Under the pieces are notes generated by a model. That model ran no database searches and was not told the origin of the DNA. It was given only the letters and a program-made list of their open reading frames with translations. Below are positions 12,413 through 22,862 of a stretch of DNA of 64,000 bases, in pieces (position 1 is the first letter of the stretch; every line of letters begins with the position of its first letter). Where the stretch lies: positions 48,362-112,361 of the forward strand of contig CAVPXM010000020.1 of the NCBI GenBank assembly GCA_963709405.1, written 5' to 3'. The DNA comes from an uncultured Nitrososphaerales archaeon (GTDB lineage Archaea; Thermoproteota; Nitrososphaeria; Nitrososphaerales; Nitrososphaeraceae). The translations under genes and the position numbers were made by a program.

Positions 12413-12853
12413 TCAGTCAGCAGGAATTCTTATGGGGGTAATAAACGAATAGCTATTAGTGAGGCTGTCTCTACATTCCAAAGTGCCATCGTTGAGGATG
12501 ATGCAATTTTCAGGCACTACTCTCATACTTGTGGGATTGCCCTTCATAAATTGCATAGCCTGTGATTGATTCATAACACCCATGTTCTTCATTCCCATTA
12601 CTGAAATTTGCATTCGTGCCATATTCAATTGTTCCAATGCTGCACTCGCATTACCTGCTGACATTGCCTTATCTGCAGCCTTTAAATGCATTCTCGCAGA
12701 TTCCATCATAACTGATGACATACTCGTGTTTGCGTTCTTCGGGCCATTCAGCTGAGCGATCGCAGGTGTCATTATTGCAGGCATAATGCTAGCCCCAAGA
12801 AACAATATTAGTGCGGAAAAACATATAGTAATTAGAGACTGTTTTGTTCCCAT
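12413..12853 (-). CDS. Secreted Met-rich hypothetical protein
   Basis: Signal peptide ending AIA, many Met residues, CxxxxxxxxxC near the C-terminus. Confidence 0.6.
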   Translation of the reverse strand: MGTKQSLITICFSALILFLGASIMPAIMTPAIAQLNGPKNANTSMSSVMMESARMHLKAADKAMSAGNASAALEQLNMARMQISVMGMKNMGVMNQSQAMQFMKGNPTSMRVVPENCIILNDGTLECRDSLTNSYSFITPIRIPAD

Positions 12854-13081
12854 GTCCAGTTGCCGTATTTATCTTATATAAGATTTCTAAGACTGGACTA
12901 CGTGTTAGATCTCAACTCCAGGCTCGATTATAATTAAATGTCCTTCAATGAGAATAAAATAATCCCGACTTTTTCGATCTTATGAGTCCTATCTACTATG
13001 TCAGGAATTCGAAATTGACTCTCATTCTCCTTGCTAAGAATAGTGGTTACATGCTAAATGCAATCGACTATTTGACTAATC

Positions 13082-13857
13082 TTAGCTTTCATATGTTAAA
13101 TTGTACGTGCTACGTTCTATAACAATTACGCCAACCAAATAGAGTAAGATCATTGGTCCTGCAACAAACCACATTGTAATACCACTTCCATCTGGTGTCA
13201 CAAATGCACCAAAGATAACAAGAATGATGATAACATATCGAAGATTCTTTCTCCAAAACTTTGGTTGGATAAATCCAGAAATCGTTAGTCCCCACATTAA
13301 TAGAGGGAGCTGATAGGAAATTCCGAATGCAATAAGAAACTGAAGTAGCAAAAGGGTACGAATTGAGATATATCTAGAAAGGTAGCGATGTCCATGAACT
13401 CTCCGTATTTGTATAAGAATTCGAGCACCAATGGTATTACAACAAGATATGAAAACGAGCATCCTAAGCCGAAGAGTAATACAGAAAATAAAGTAATCCT
13501 TTTCATAAAGATCTTTTCACCCCGATAAAGGCCTGGTCCTATAAATGAAATGGTTTCTTTGGTGATCATGGGTATAGTCAGAATTAGTGCCAAAAGCGAT
13601 GCAACATAAATCTGTGCAAAAAAGGCCTGACCTGGTGATGTTTGGATAAGGGTAACGTTATTTGGAATAAGATCTTGTCGCAATAACGACATGGTTTGGA
13701 TCGCAATATTGTCATATAGATCTGGATACAGGATTACGATTTTGTATGGTCCATAATCAAGCATTTTGATACTAAATGTCGTAATAATTATAACCAATAT
13801 AACTAAAATGATTGCAATTCTGATCACTCTCTTTCTAAGGTCTTGCAAGTATTGCAA
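13082..13857 (-). CDS. tatC: Twin-arginine translocase subunit TatC, frameshift near 13350
   Basis: YLQDLRKRV, SPGQAFF, FIGPGLY, FGISYQLPLL, GAFVTPDGSG. Confidence 0.85.
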
Positions 13858-13928
13858 GTATGGTCGATTGTTATACAGGTGATACCACCAAAAAATTAAT
13901 CCGACATAATGTTATTATCACTGTTGTT

Positions 13929-15605
13929 CTACGTAGCTAAAATATAATATCCGGTTGCTCCATTTGGAAAAGGATCACTGATCTGTGCTGTCTGAACTCT
14001 ACCGGTTTTATCGGTGGCTCTAACTGATATATTGTAATTCGATTTGTTTCCTTTCAAATGCAATTTAGTGGCCCACAATACCCAGGTGTATTGTGAAAGT
14101 GGTTCTTTTAGCACAGTCGGCATCCATGACTTGCCACCATCTATGCTTACCTCCACTTTCAATATGCCTCTATCTCCTGCAAAAGCCATACCACCAAAAG
14201 ATACTCCTTCTGATCCTGGCAGAGTAGCATCAGATGATGATTGAAGACCACTGAATCTTTTTCTAACTGCAGCATTTCCAGGGATCACTATAAATGAATG
14301 AGTATTATATTTTGCATTATTGGCCCAGCCTTTCCTCTGCCAATAACCCTGATATACCTTATCAACAAGTTCTATCTCAGTTATCCATTTGGGATTCATC
14401 ATTCCATACAGTCCGGGGATAATGGCTCTAACAGGAAAGCCGTGTTCTGCCGTTAAAGATGCACCGTTCATTTCATATGCTAATATACTGCCGTTCAGCA
14501 ACCCTCGATCAATTGGGATACCAACATCATATCCATCTGCACATCTGAATACAACATATTTGACTTCGGGCTTGACGCCTGCCATCTGAAGTATATCTTT
14601 CAAATGAACGCCTTTCCAGGCAGCTGTACTAATAAGATCTCCTCCTATCTTATTACTTACACATTCAAGAGTAGCGAATTGCTCTATTGGGGCAATCGAT
14701 CTGATTTCTTGATAATTAAGTGTTAGAGGTTTATTTACCAGTCCTTTGACATTCAGACTCCAAGTCTGTGCATTCACTTCTGGTACCAGAGCATTCTTGT
14801 CTATCCTGTAAAACATGTCAGTTGGAGTTACTTCTGAATCCAAGAGTGAAGCTAATTTTGGATCTTCAAATCCCTGTGGTTTGGTGGTGTTCTTCAGTTT
14901 TTGCTGGAATTGAGATAGTAGTAACGAAGTTGTGCTCTGAACTGCTCGTTGAGGGGAAAGAAGGCTTTCTAGTCCTAGATAAATTACAGGTATTGCAACT
15001 GCTGCGGCGATACCTGCACGAAGCATTTGTCTCTTGCTCTGATCTATCTGCTCTCCAGAATCAGGTTTACTAGCCTTAATTCTTTCCTTAGGAACCTCAA
15101 TGACGGATTCAGGTGTTCGATTGTAAAGCACTGCATACAGTGTAAAGCCGAACGCAAGCTGTGGTATTATTAAATAGATAGCCAATGACGAGATCGATAT
15201 TGATTGAGCCTGACCCTCTGTCAGGCCCAAGAGAGCAATCGTTATTGCTAGGAATATAACAAAAGAAATTGCCGTACATAACAGGGAATTCTGTAGGTAT
15301 CTTTCTGGAGTACGATTAGATCGTCTAGCAAAAAATATAGCTAAAAGTCCATAAACTATTAGATTGGCTATAATAGCGCCAATAAAAGCAGAGTATTTAG
15401 CAAGTGGCCCCAATGTTCCTACCGCCTGGGATTCGACTGATCCAGGAGTAAGCGAAAATAGGGTCTGGGAAGCAATTTCTGGAACAAAAGGACCGCTTAA
15501 TGCTAATCTTAGAATTAATGCTACAGCTATAGCAACAGCTCCAGTACAGAGTCCTACTATAAATAATAACTTGATGGAAAGATACTCTATTATGCAGTCA
15601 CTGAC
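13929..15605 (-). CDS. Polytopic molybdopterin-dependent oxidoreductase (sulfite oxidase/MsrP family)
   Basis: VTPTDMFYRID, ATLECVSN (Mo-ligand Cys), HGFPVRAIIPGLYGMMNPKW, GYWQRKGW; frame is open upstream of 15413 to ~15605 with an extra TM; true start uncertain. Confidence 0.85.
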   Translation of the reverse strand, partial: VSDCIIEYLSIKLLFIVGLCTGAVAIAVALILRLALSGPFVPEIASQTLFSLTPGSVESQAVGTLGPLAKYSAFIGAIIANLIVYGLLAIFFARRSNRTPERYLQNSLLCTAISFVIFLAITIALLGLTEGQAQSISISSLAIYLIIPQLAFGFTLYAVLYNRTPESVIEVPKERIKASKPDSGEQIDQSKRQMLRAGIAAAVAIPVIYLGLESLLSPQRAVQSTTSLLLSQFQQKLKNTTKPQGFEDPKLASLLDSEVTPTDMFYRIDKNALVPEVNAQTWSLNVKGLVNKPLTLNYQEIRSIAPIEQFATLECVSNKIGGDLISTAAWKGVHLKDILQMAGVKPEVKYVVFRCADGYDVGIPIDRGLLNGSILAYEMNGASLTAEHGFPVRAIIPGLYGMMNPKWITEIELVDKVYQGYWQRKGWANNAKYNTHSFIVIPGNAAVRKRFSGLQSSSDATLPGSEGVSFGGMAFAGDRGILKVEVSIDGGKSWMPTVLKEPLSQYTWVLWATKLHLKGNKSNYNISVRATDKTGRVQTAQISDPFPNGATGYYILAT

Positions 15606-15808
15606 CTACCTTAGTCAGCTAAGATTTAAGTTTTTTCCAAGTTCTAGTCTATTTGTTATGTGGTTAGAAAAAGGAATGTAATTATAAATTATAATAGGCC
15701 TATTATGAAATCTGATCATCCAAAAGCTTTGTATAAAGTAGCCAGTTTAGCACAATTCAAAAAACGTTTAGAATAAAATTAGTAAAAGATACAACATTTC
15801 TGTTTTGA

Positions 15809-16408
15809 ATGATAACTATAGGTATTTTCCTTAGAAAGAGAAAAATTATCCAACATAATCTTGTAAATTTGATGACACTTGTAAAACCATCTGTTGCTTT
15901 TGCATTAACTATAATTTTGGCCATTCTTATACTGATTGTTTCCCTTTCTCTAGGTTCAACTATGTATATGAAATCTAAGATTAGTCTATTACAATTATCG
16001 TATGCTAAAATAACAAGAGTCGTGGTAAGAGTAGGAATGCAACACGATGTTGCTTACATAAGACCTATCGAAAATAAAACATCTTCACCATCTTTTCCAC
16101 CAGTTAATCCAGTACAAGGAATATTGATAGTAACTGAAAAAGTGGTTAATGAAGGGGGTGGCAATAAGAAGCCATCAGATTTTACAATAACTGTACACGG
16201 CAATAACCCTTCTCCCAGTACCTTTCAAGGTAATTCATCAGGTACAGTTGTAAAATTGCAAATGGGGATGTACAGTGTTACTGAAACGAAATTATCAGGC
16301 TACAATTCGACAATATCTGGAGATTGTTCTGGTGGCATAATGTCGGTCGAAACTAAAAACTGTACTATTACAAATACTTATTCCAGGTCTGGTATTGGTA
16401 CTAAATAA
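15809..16408 (+). CDS. Exported protein with Ig/prealbumin-like repeat domain
   Basis: TM then LIVTEKVVNEGGGNKKPSDFTITVHGNNPSP...YSVTE...DCSG...CTITN. Confidence 0.6.
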   Translation: MITIGIFLRKRKIIQHNLVNLMTLVKPSVAFALTIILAILILIVSLSLGSTMYMKSKISLLQLSYAKITRVVVRVGMQHDVAYIRPIENKTSSPSFPPVNPVQGILIVTEKVVNEGGGNKKPSDFTITVHGNNPSPSTFQGNSSGTVVKLQMGMYSVTETKLSGYNSTISGDCSGGIMSVETKNCTITNTYSRSGIGTK

Positions 16409-16628
16409 AAGTGTTATCCATAAGCTTTATGAATACAGCAATGGTATTGGGCGTAGGCGACCTCTTACGAGTGTTTCCAAGAATTTGTAACTGATTATAC
16501 AATTGCCAACTAACACATCTAGCAAGGCATAAGTACCACTACTCATTACTATACGTTCCTAGTAAAAAAAGTTGGAGTAAGATCTGATATGTTGATCTGG
16601 AGGTATAGTGTCGGAATGATATTTATGA

Positions 16629-17296
16629 CTATGTCTTTAATTGTGCGCTTCCAAACAGTACCTGAGAAATCCTTGCACCATATCAAGGCCATGTTGTATT
16701 TTGTTAGGTCAGTTCCATGAGGTATATTATAATTTTGATTTCCGTTATTTGCTTTCAACCTTCCAAGATCTATGAAATTTGAGGCAGTCTTTATGAGTAG
16801 CAAGATAAAGATGGACATTAGGTCCATTAGTTGACTTAAAGTTTTCTAACCTGAGGATTGTGCTCCCATCTCCTAACGGAATTACTCTTGCTAATCCTTC
16901 TGCATTATGAAATCCATCACCTGCTCCAATGAAGGAGCCAGCCAATATGCTGCGTGCTGTAGTTGCATTGCTTTGTTGTTGTTGTCTTTGTTTTATGGTC
17001 TCTGGGGTGATAGAGCTTTCATTAATAGTATTATTTATCTGACTAGCTCCAATCATAACCATATTTTTATCCCTTTGACTCATTTGCTTAGCAGCATTAC
17101 TTCTATCTAGATCACTCATCGAAACAAATTTTTGATAGTCCTGTAATGCAGTATTTTTGTTTACACCAGCAGCAGTTGTTGGTAAGGGTTCATTTACAGT
17201 ATTACTTGTAAATAATGGAGAAATAGCGTAGATACCAAATGGGATTACTATTGCGGCTACTACTATACTAATAACTATTAGTATCTTTTTGTTCAT
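16629..17296 (-). CDS. DM13 domain protein (putative electron transfer), two frameshifts
   Basis: GSFIGAGDGFHNAEG, LRLENFKSTNGPNVHLYL, DLGRLKANNGNQNYNIP, IWCKDFS-VLFGSA. Confidence 0.85.
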
Positions 17297-17413
17297 AACT
17301 GGTAAATGATTATATTATATAAAAGAATCTTTTAATAGTTATGGTATAGATAGATATGCTCATAATCTGATGCCAATACATACGCCGGCATAGCTAATGT
17401 AAATCCCGTCTTT

Positions 17414-17707
17414 TTACATATATCGATTTATAATAAAATTTGCATAAAATCTAGGCCAATACGCACCAGGAGCAACGGATGCATTTTCTTTGTCTGCTAA
17501 TACTAACAAATAGACAAGTTCACTCTTTGTGAACTTGGCGTTCAGCATTTGCCGCATCTTGTCTAGGAGGTAATCTGCATACCAAATAGGCCAATCTGGG
17601 TCCTCGCCCTCCGTAGCAGCAAAAGCCTTATGATGAGCTTCTGCAGTCTCATTTAATAGATTCGCTAGTTCATCAATTAGTTTCTTATTATTATTTGAAT
17701 TATTCAC
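17414..17707 (-). CDS. Conserved small hypothetical protein (AHH...DPDWPIWYA motif)
   Basis: Intact 97-aa ORF with AEAHHKAF...DPDWPIWYADYL. Confidence 0.6.
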   Translation of the reverse strand: MNNSNNNKKLIDELANLLNETAEAHHKAFAATEGEDPDWPIWYADYLLDKMRQMLNAKFTKSELVYLLVLADKENASVAPGAYWPRFYANFIINRYM

Positions 17708-18032
17708 GTGTATGTCTGTGTGATGACCTTGTTAAGGTTAAAAGAGTTGTGTATTTTGATCAAACCTAGAGATGAATTTAGTATTTGTATATTTAGAGAG
17801 TTGTCTATTTAATACTGCAATCAATCAACATCTTTGAGAGATTAATCAATTTGCCAGCGATAATTTGTTAGTCATCACATATCAAATATACAATATGCAA
17901 ACACAAGATTCGGAAAAAAGTATTAATATAAAATTTAACTAACAAGAATTAATTTGGCATCATTTAACACTATTTATATAATGATACAGTCTTGGACAAT
18001 AAGTCTAGTCTCGGAGGTTGTTACTTATCTGT

Positions 18033-18213
18033 GATGGCAGATATGCTGTTCGATATGATCATAGGAATGATTTTAGGAATGGTAGCTAGCCCTCTTATGA
18101 TGAAAGGAATCAAAGCGATAAGACAGAGAAGGAAAATATCCAAAATGTTGCACGAGATTTCTGAACTGAAGAAAAATGGTGAATTTGATTACAAAAAGTA
18201 TCAAGTGGTGTGA
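18033..18213 (+). CDS. Small single-TM hypothetical protein
   Basis: MADMLFDMIIGMILGMVASP plus basic tail. Confidence 0.4.
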
Positions 18214-18644
18214 CAATATTGCTTCACATATGTTGAATATGATAAGATAAGATAAGATAAAGCAAATATACAACAGTTCGATACGTAATACAAGGATCGT
18301 AGAGAAACAATAATAATTAGATATGTTATAGCTGCAGTGAATAATAATATTTATTTGCAATGGAATTTTTCATGGCGTTTGGTATAGGCATGTTAATTTC
18401 AGGTCAGCTACTGTATTATACTATCAAAAAGATTATCTTAAATGCATATTTAATAAGTTTATAATCAGGTAAAAGCATTTCTCGTTTTCAATAACAGCAT
18501 TCTAAATAATTTTTAATTATTCACCGTGACTGAAATCATTACGGCAATGATCATACCATTTTAAGTTATAAGTAAAATGATTAAAGACAAACTTGAACGA
18601 TTGGAGGAACACAATTAATACAAGGAAATGGTGCCTCACTTAAC

Positions 18645-20990
18645 TTGAAGACAGAAAGAAACTTTTTGTTATTGAAATCTTCTATAGTAGCGACAGCAGT
18701 TGTCATTTCCATATTTTCTGCCTCCCTAATTTTGCAGCAGCAAAGTGTAATAGCACAAATGGTTCCATCACCAGGAACAAATAATGCATCTTCATCTGCA
18801 CCAAATATGACAAAGACGACGTCTACAACTGAAGCGCCAGGCTCGGTATTCAAATTATCTAGAGCAAGCATTCCAATCGACATCCCATTAAAGGAGGGAT
18901 TTGTAAATGGCAACCCAGTATTCTATATTAATACAGACATCTCTGATCAAAAACTTGCAGGTCAACTAACAAATGCAACCGGCTTTAAAGTGAATTACGC
19001 TCCACTAATTGCACACGCATCTAGTGATGGAGTTGCTCAATTCTATGTATTTAAGAATGGAATTAAAGGTACAGGAACACTTGGTTTTCAGCCAACAGTT
19101 GGAAATGCACAGCCAGGCGATGTGAACTATAGTCCATTATGGAAATTAAATATAGTAAGTCAAGTGTCGTAGTGTCTGTCGTCATTCCAAGTTCCAAATC
19201 TACTCTCTAGATAACCTGATACTGCAGCTTTCTGTTCTTCTATCTGCGTATAAAATCTGTTTGCACACACATCTGATTTTATCTGCTGGTTTACTCTCCT
19301 TTCATTTGGATTTAGGTATGGTGCTTTCTTTGGTAGGTGAATAATGGTCAGCCAGTCTTCTTCTTTCTGTGCATTGATATAATTCCGTACCATTAGGCTT
19401 ACATGGTATGAAGCGTTATCCCATATGAGTATGAGTCTTTTCCACCAATCACTTTTCATAATGTTTCTCTTGAGATTCTCCAGATGGTCAATAGTACCTC
19501 GTAGAATTCATTCTATCATAGAAATCATACGTCATTAATTTCTCTTCAGGCCATAGCATGGATATATATGCGGAGAACTTCCTTCTACTTCCATTATGTT
19601 CTATTTTCAGCTGCTCGCCTTCAAAACTCATGGACTTGTGAATACAAGGTTTCTGTGTTATGGTAGTTTCATCTTCAAATGCCATTATAACTCTCTTTTT
19701 TTCAGAGCTGATGCTACTTGCTTGTAGTTATCCACTCTCTTTTTCCCTTGTTCATAATCCTCTCCATGTAATAGTTCCAATTTTGGTCTTTTGCATCTAA
19801 TCCCCATATCCTTAGTTATTCTTTGTAGATGTTTGAAACTGATTGGAATATCAAGCTCATCTGTAAGACACCTTGCCAGCGACCTTAGACTCCATGTATT
19901 CCTTAGATAACCAAAGATATGTGGATCGTTAAACAATGCTGATAGAATAATCTCTTTGTTTTCGTCTGTTATGCTGGACTTCGATCCACCAGGTTTCTTC
20001 ATCCTTACTCCATCATCAATCCCTTTCTTAATGTATGCAGCAATCCACCCTTGTACAGACCTCTGCCTGACTCCGTGTTCATTTGCTATATCTTCATAAG
20101 ATCTACCTTCAACTTTTTGGAGTATAGCCAGTAACCTGCGGTATTCTTTTTTGTTATTCGTATTCTTCATAAATGACTTTAACTTGTTCTTCTGTAGTAT
20201 GGTAAGTATGAGTTTGGAACGATGATTCACAGAATGAAAATATGGTTTGTCCCAAGCTATAATTATTTCGAAATCTACGTTATGTAATGAATGAATAACG
20301 ACATAAACTTAGACACTCCACTTAGAATGGAAGAATGGTGTCACGCCAACACAGCTAAAGTCTGAAAAAGAAGTTATAGATGCAAAGACTAAAGGAGATT
20401 TGATAGTAACACCTACAAACATTGTAGCTGATTGTCCATTTGTGAAGTGGAATGGTGGTCAAATGAAGATAAGAGAAGACAAGAACATTAACGACGATTC
20501 AAAGTATATGGGTGGTCAGGTGCTGAAAATTGATACCGAAAAAATGGTTGTAACAATGGTTGCTCACAGAGGATTTGGTCCAGATGGTAAAACTATCTAT
20601 TACATAGTAGCAGATGCAACTCCACAGATGCCAGCAGCTATGATGGGAGTTACATTGGCTTCGTTAGATGAGAAATTGCTATCAACACCAGCAGTAGTAG
20701 ATCTATTCCAGTTTACAAATGGAATCAATGGCTCTGGTCCGATGGGATTTCAAGCTGGTATAGGGGCCGCAAATCCAACAGACTCTAATTACAGTCCTAT
20801 GTGGAAGATTTCTTTTAATCAATGGAAGGATCCATCAAAGGCTAGAATTTTAGAAACAGTAAGTGATATTACAGCATTGCGACAATCTGGAATGATCACG
20901 GTTACACCTGCAATGGGAGGCAAACATGTGGTTAACTGTCCTTTCTTTGATGCAGCGACTGTCTTTGAACACCAGAGCAAATTGGCATAA
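18645..20990 (+). pseudogene. Second tandem YSPLW/NCP-domain (DUF7482-like) secreted protein, disrupted by IS630
   Basis: Removing 19158-20324 restores ...YSPLWKLNIV-EWKNGVTP in frame. Confidence 0.8.
19158..20322 (-). mobile_element. IS630-family element, 1165 bp, TA target duplication
   Basis: TA at 19156-57 and 20323-24; imperfect IRs AGTCAAGTGTC/AGTGGAGTGTC; HTH ORF 19685-20230; DDE motifs FEDET, WDNASYH, PYLNPNE. Confidence 0.92.
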
Positions 20991-21010
20991 CACTGATACA
21001 CACAAATAGT

Positions 21011-21076
21011 GTCTATTCTCATTTACTCTTTTTTTCTGTCTATCTGCTATCGTCTATCATTAATACCATTGTCTAT
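21011..21076 (+). repeat. Four GTCTAT copies upstream of the CARF-like regulator, overlapping a T-rich terminator region
   Basis: GTCTAT at 21011, 21038, 21052, 21071. Confidence 0.45.
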
Positions 21077-21155
21077 TTTAACTGTTAAAGCTGAACTTTA
21101 ACCGTTGTAGGTATGTCTTATTAGCAAGGGTCTCATTTTGACTTATATTAATAGC

Positions 21156-21843
21156 ATGATCCATCAACCTACAACACTTCAAATTGCCACATTTGGTTCA
21201 GATGGTCAAGAAGGAATAGCTTTAGGAATACGTAGCTTTCCCATTCACAGTTTGGCATTAATTTGTTTTGGCTCTGATAAGCATAACGCAGAGGAATTCT
21301 CAAGAAAGATCAAAAGTATTCTTGGAATTACTACTTCTATCAATGTCGTAGAAAAAGAAAATGTCATCAGAGATACCATGGAAAGAGTCAATGAGATACT
21401 GAACCTTAATGGAAAGGAATTCCAACAAGTATTAATGAATATAAGTGCTGGCGATAAGCTGATCGGTTGTGCTACTATTATCTGCCGCATTTATAAATGG
21501 GATAATGGCATTCGGAATGGACTCTACTCATTCTTTACCATTATTAATGCCCGTTCTCAAATTAAGTTATAGTGAGATCATATCTGCAGCAAAAATAAAG
21601 ATTCTAAGAGCTATAGATGGAGTTGGAGGCACTATCGATAGTTTAGACCAGCTCGAACAGGTATCTGGTTACGGAAAGCCTTTGCTAAGTTATCACGTAC
21701 AGGGAGCAAAGGATTCGAAAGGCCTTGCAGATCTAGGATTAGTTGAAGTGGAAAAAGGTGACAGGGGTAAGATCTCTGCAAAACTTACTACTCTTGGTAA
21801 GCTATTGGTTACTAGTAATGCTATTAGTGGAGTTCACCAATAA
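21156..21843 (+). CDS. Csa3/DUF6293-like regulator (CARF-like Rossmann domain plus wHTH), frameshift near 21475
   Basis: LQIATFG, LMNISAGDK..., C-terminal wHTH LSYHV...LADLGLVEVEK...LTTLGKLL. Confidence 0.65.
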
Positions 21844-21909
21844 TTTAATGAATAAATTAACATGTGATAGTAATTTGTTGATGTCGGAATAGGAGAAGTA
21901 ACATAAAAC

Positions 21910-22506
21910 ATGTTATCCATAGATAAACTTCTCGACCATAATATAAAAAAAGCCTTAGAAAAAGGCGTAATTGTTGGCATCATTACTACGCTAATTTATC
22001 TCATTGTAGTTGTCGTAACAACACCTAGCCTTCAACCGATTGCCGCAATTAACGCGGCACTTAAGATAAATTCCATTCTAATCTTCGGATTAGCAGCAGG
22101 AGTTGGAGCTCAGGTCTTCCTATCAAGTTACAGTAAGGGACTAGGTTGTAAGATAGATAAAAAGAAAAATGGAATCTTCGAGGCGGGCTCTGGAAGTAGT
22201 ACAGCAATTAGTTCATTCTTTTCATTCTTTTCGTTAGTACCTTTAGGATGTTGTGGAAGCTGGCTTTTGATATTATCGTTTCTACCTTCAATATTTGGAA
22301 GCACATTATCTGTCATTTTAATACAATATTCTTCACTTCTTTCCTACATAGGTCTAGCTATAGTATTTGGATTTGTAGCTATCTCGGCAATAAGGCTTGG
22401 TCGAGAATCAAATGAGAGAAGAAGAATACAGAGGATCAAAAATGCGAATACATCTGACGTTCAGGAAACTGAAGGGTCATACTCTCATAAGGAGGATCAT
22501 ATTTGA
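21910..22506 (+). CDS. Multi-TM membrane protein with vicinal Cys pair
   Basis: About 4 TMs, PLGCCGSW motif reminiscent of metal-transporter TMs. Confidence 0.6.
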   Translation: MLSIDKLLDHNIKKALEKGVIVGIITTLIYLIVVVVTTPSLQPIAAINAALKINSILIFGLAAGVGAQVFLSSYSKGLGCKIDKKKNGIFEAGSGSSTAISSFFSFFSLVPLGCCGSWLLILSFLPSIFGSTLSVILIQYSSLLSYIGLAIVFGFVAISAIRLGRESNERRRIQRIKNANTSDVQETEGSYSHKEDHI

Positions 22507-22796
22507 CCGCAGCTATTTTTAGCAAGAAAGCTATAGTAGGTATCATAACTGCTGCAGTCTTAGTCAGCATAATAACAATCATCATTATTATTAATTATGT
22601 TTCACCAGCAAGATATAATATCCATATAACACCTGCAGATGCCAATACTTCTCCTGTTGCTAAAGTTGTTAGCGGTGGAAATACGTTGAAGGAAAATCAT
22701 ATAGTCCCGCTTGACCAAATCATAAGTGGTGGTCCGCCTCCAGATGGTATTCCGTCTATAGATAATCCCAAGTTTATATCAGTACAGGTTGTATAA
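22503..22796 (+). pseudogene. DUF3179-family protein, N-terminal stub only
   Basis: IISGGPPPDGIPSIDNPKF followed almost at once by a stop. Confidence 0.7.
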
Positions 22797-22862
22797 TGGA
22801 TTCGAATGGTTCTATAATCAAAGAAACCAATTATAATAGCAGCCAAAGCTTAGCCTTCCGAT

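Noticed and set aside
14044-15681. Plus-strand ORFs overlapping the Mo-enzyme gene, and similar antisense ORFs throughout the window
   Set aside because: Shadow frames of genes with clear motifs on the opposite strand
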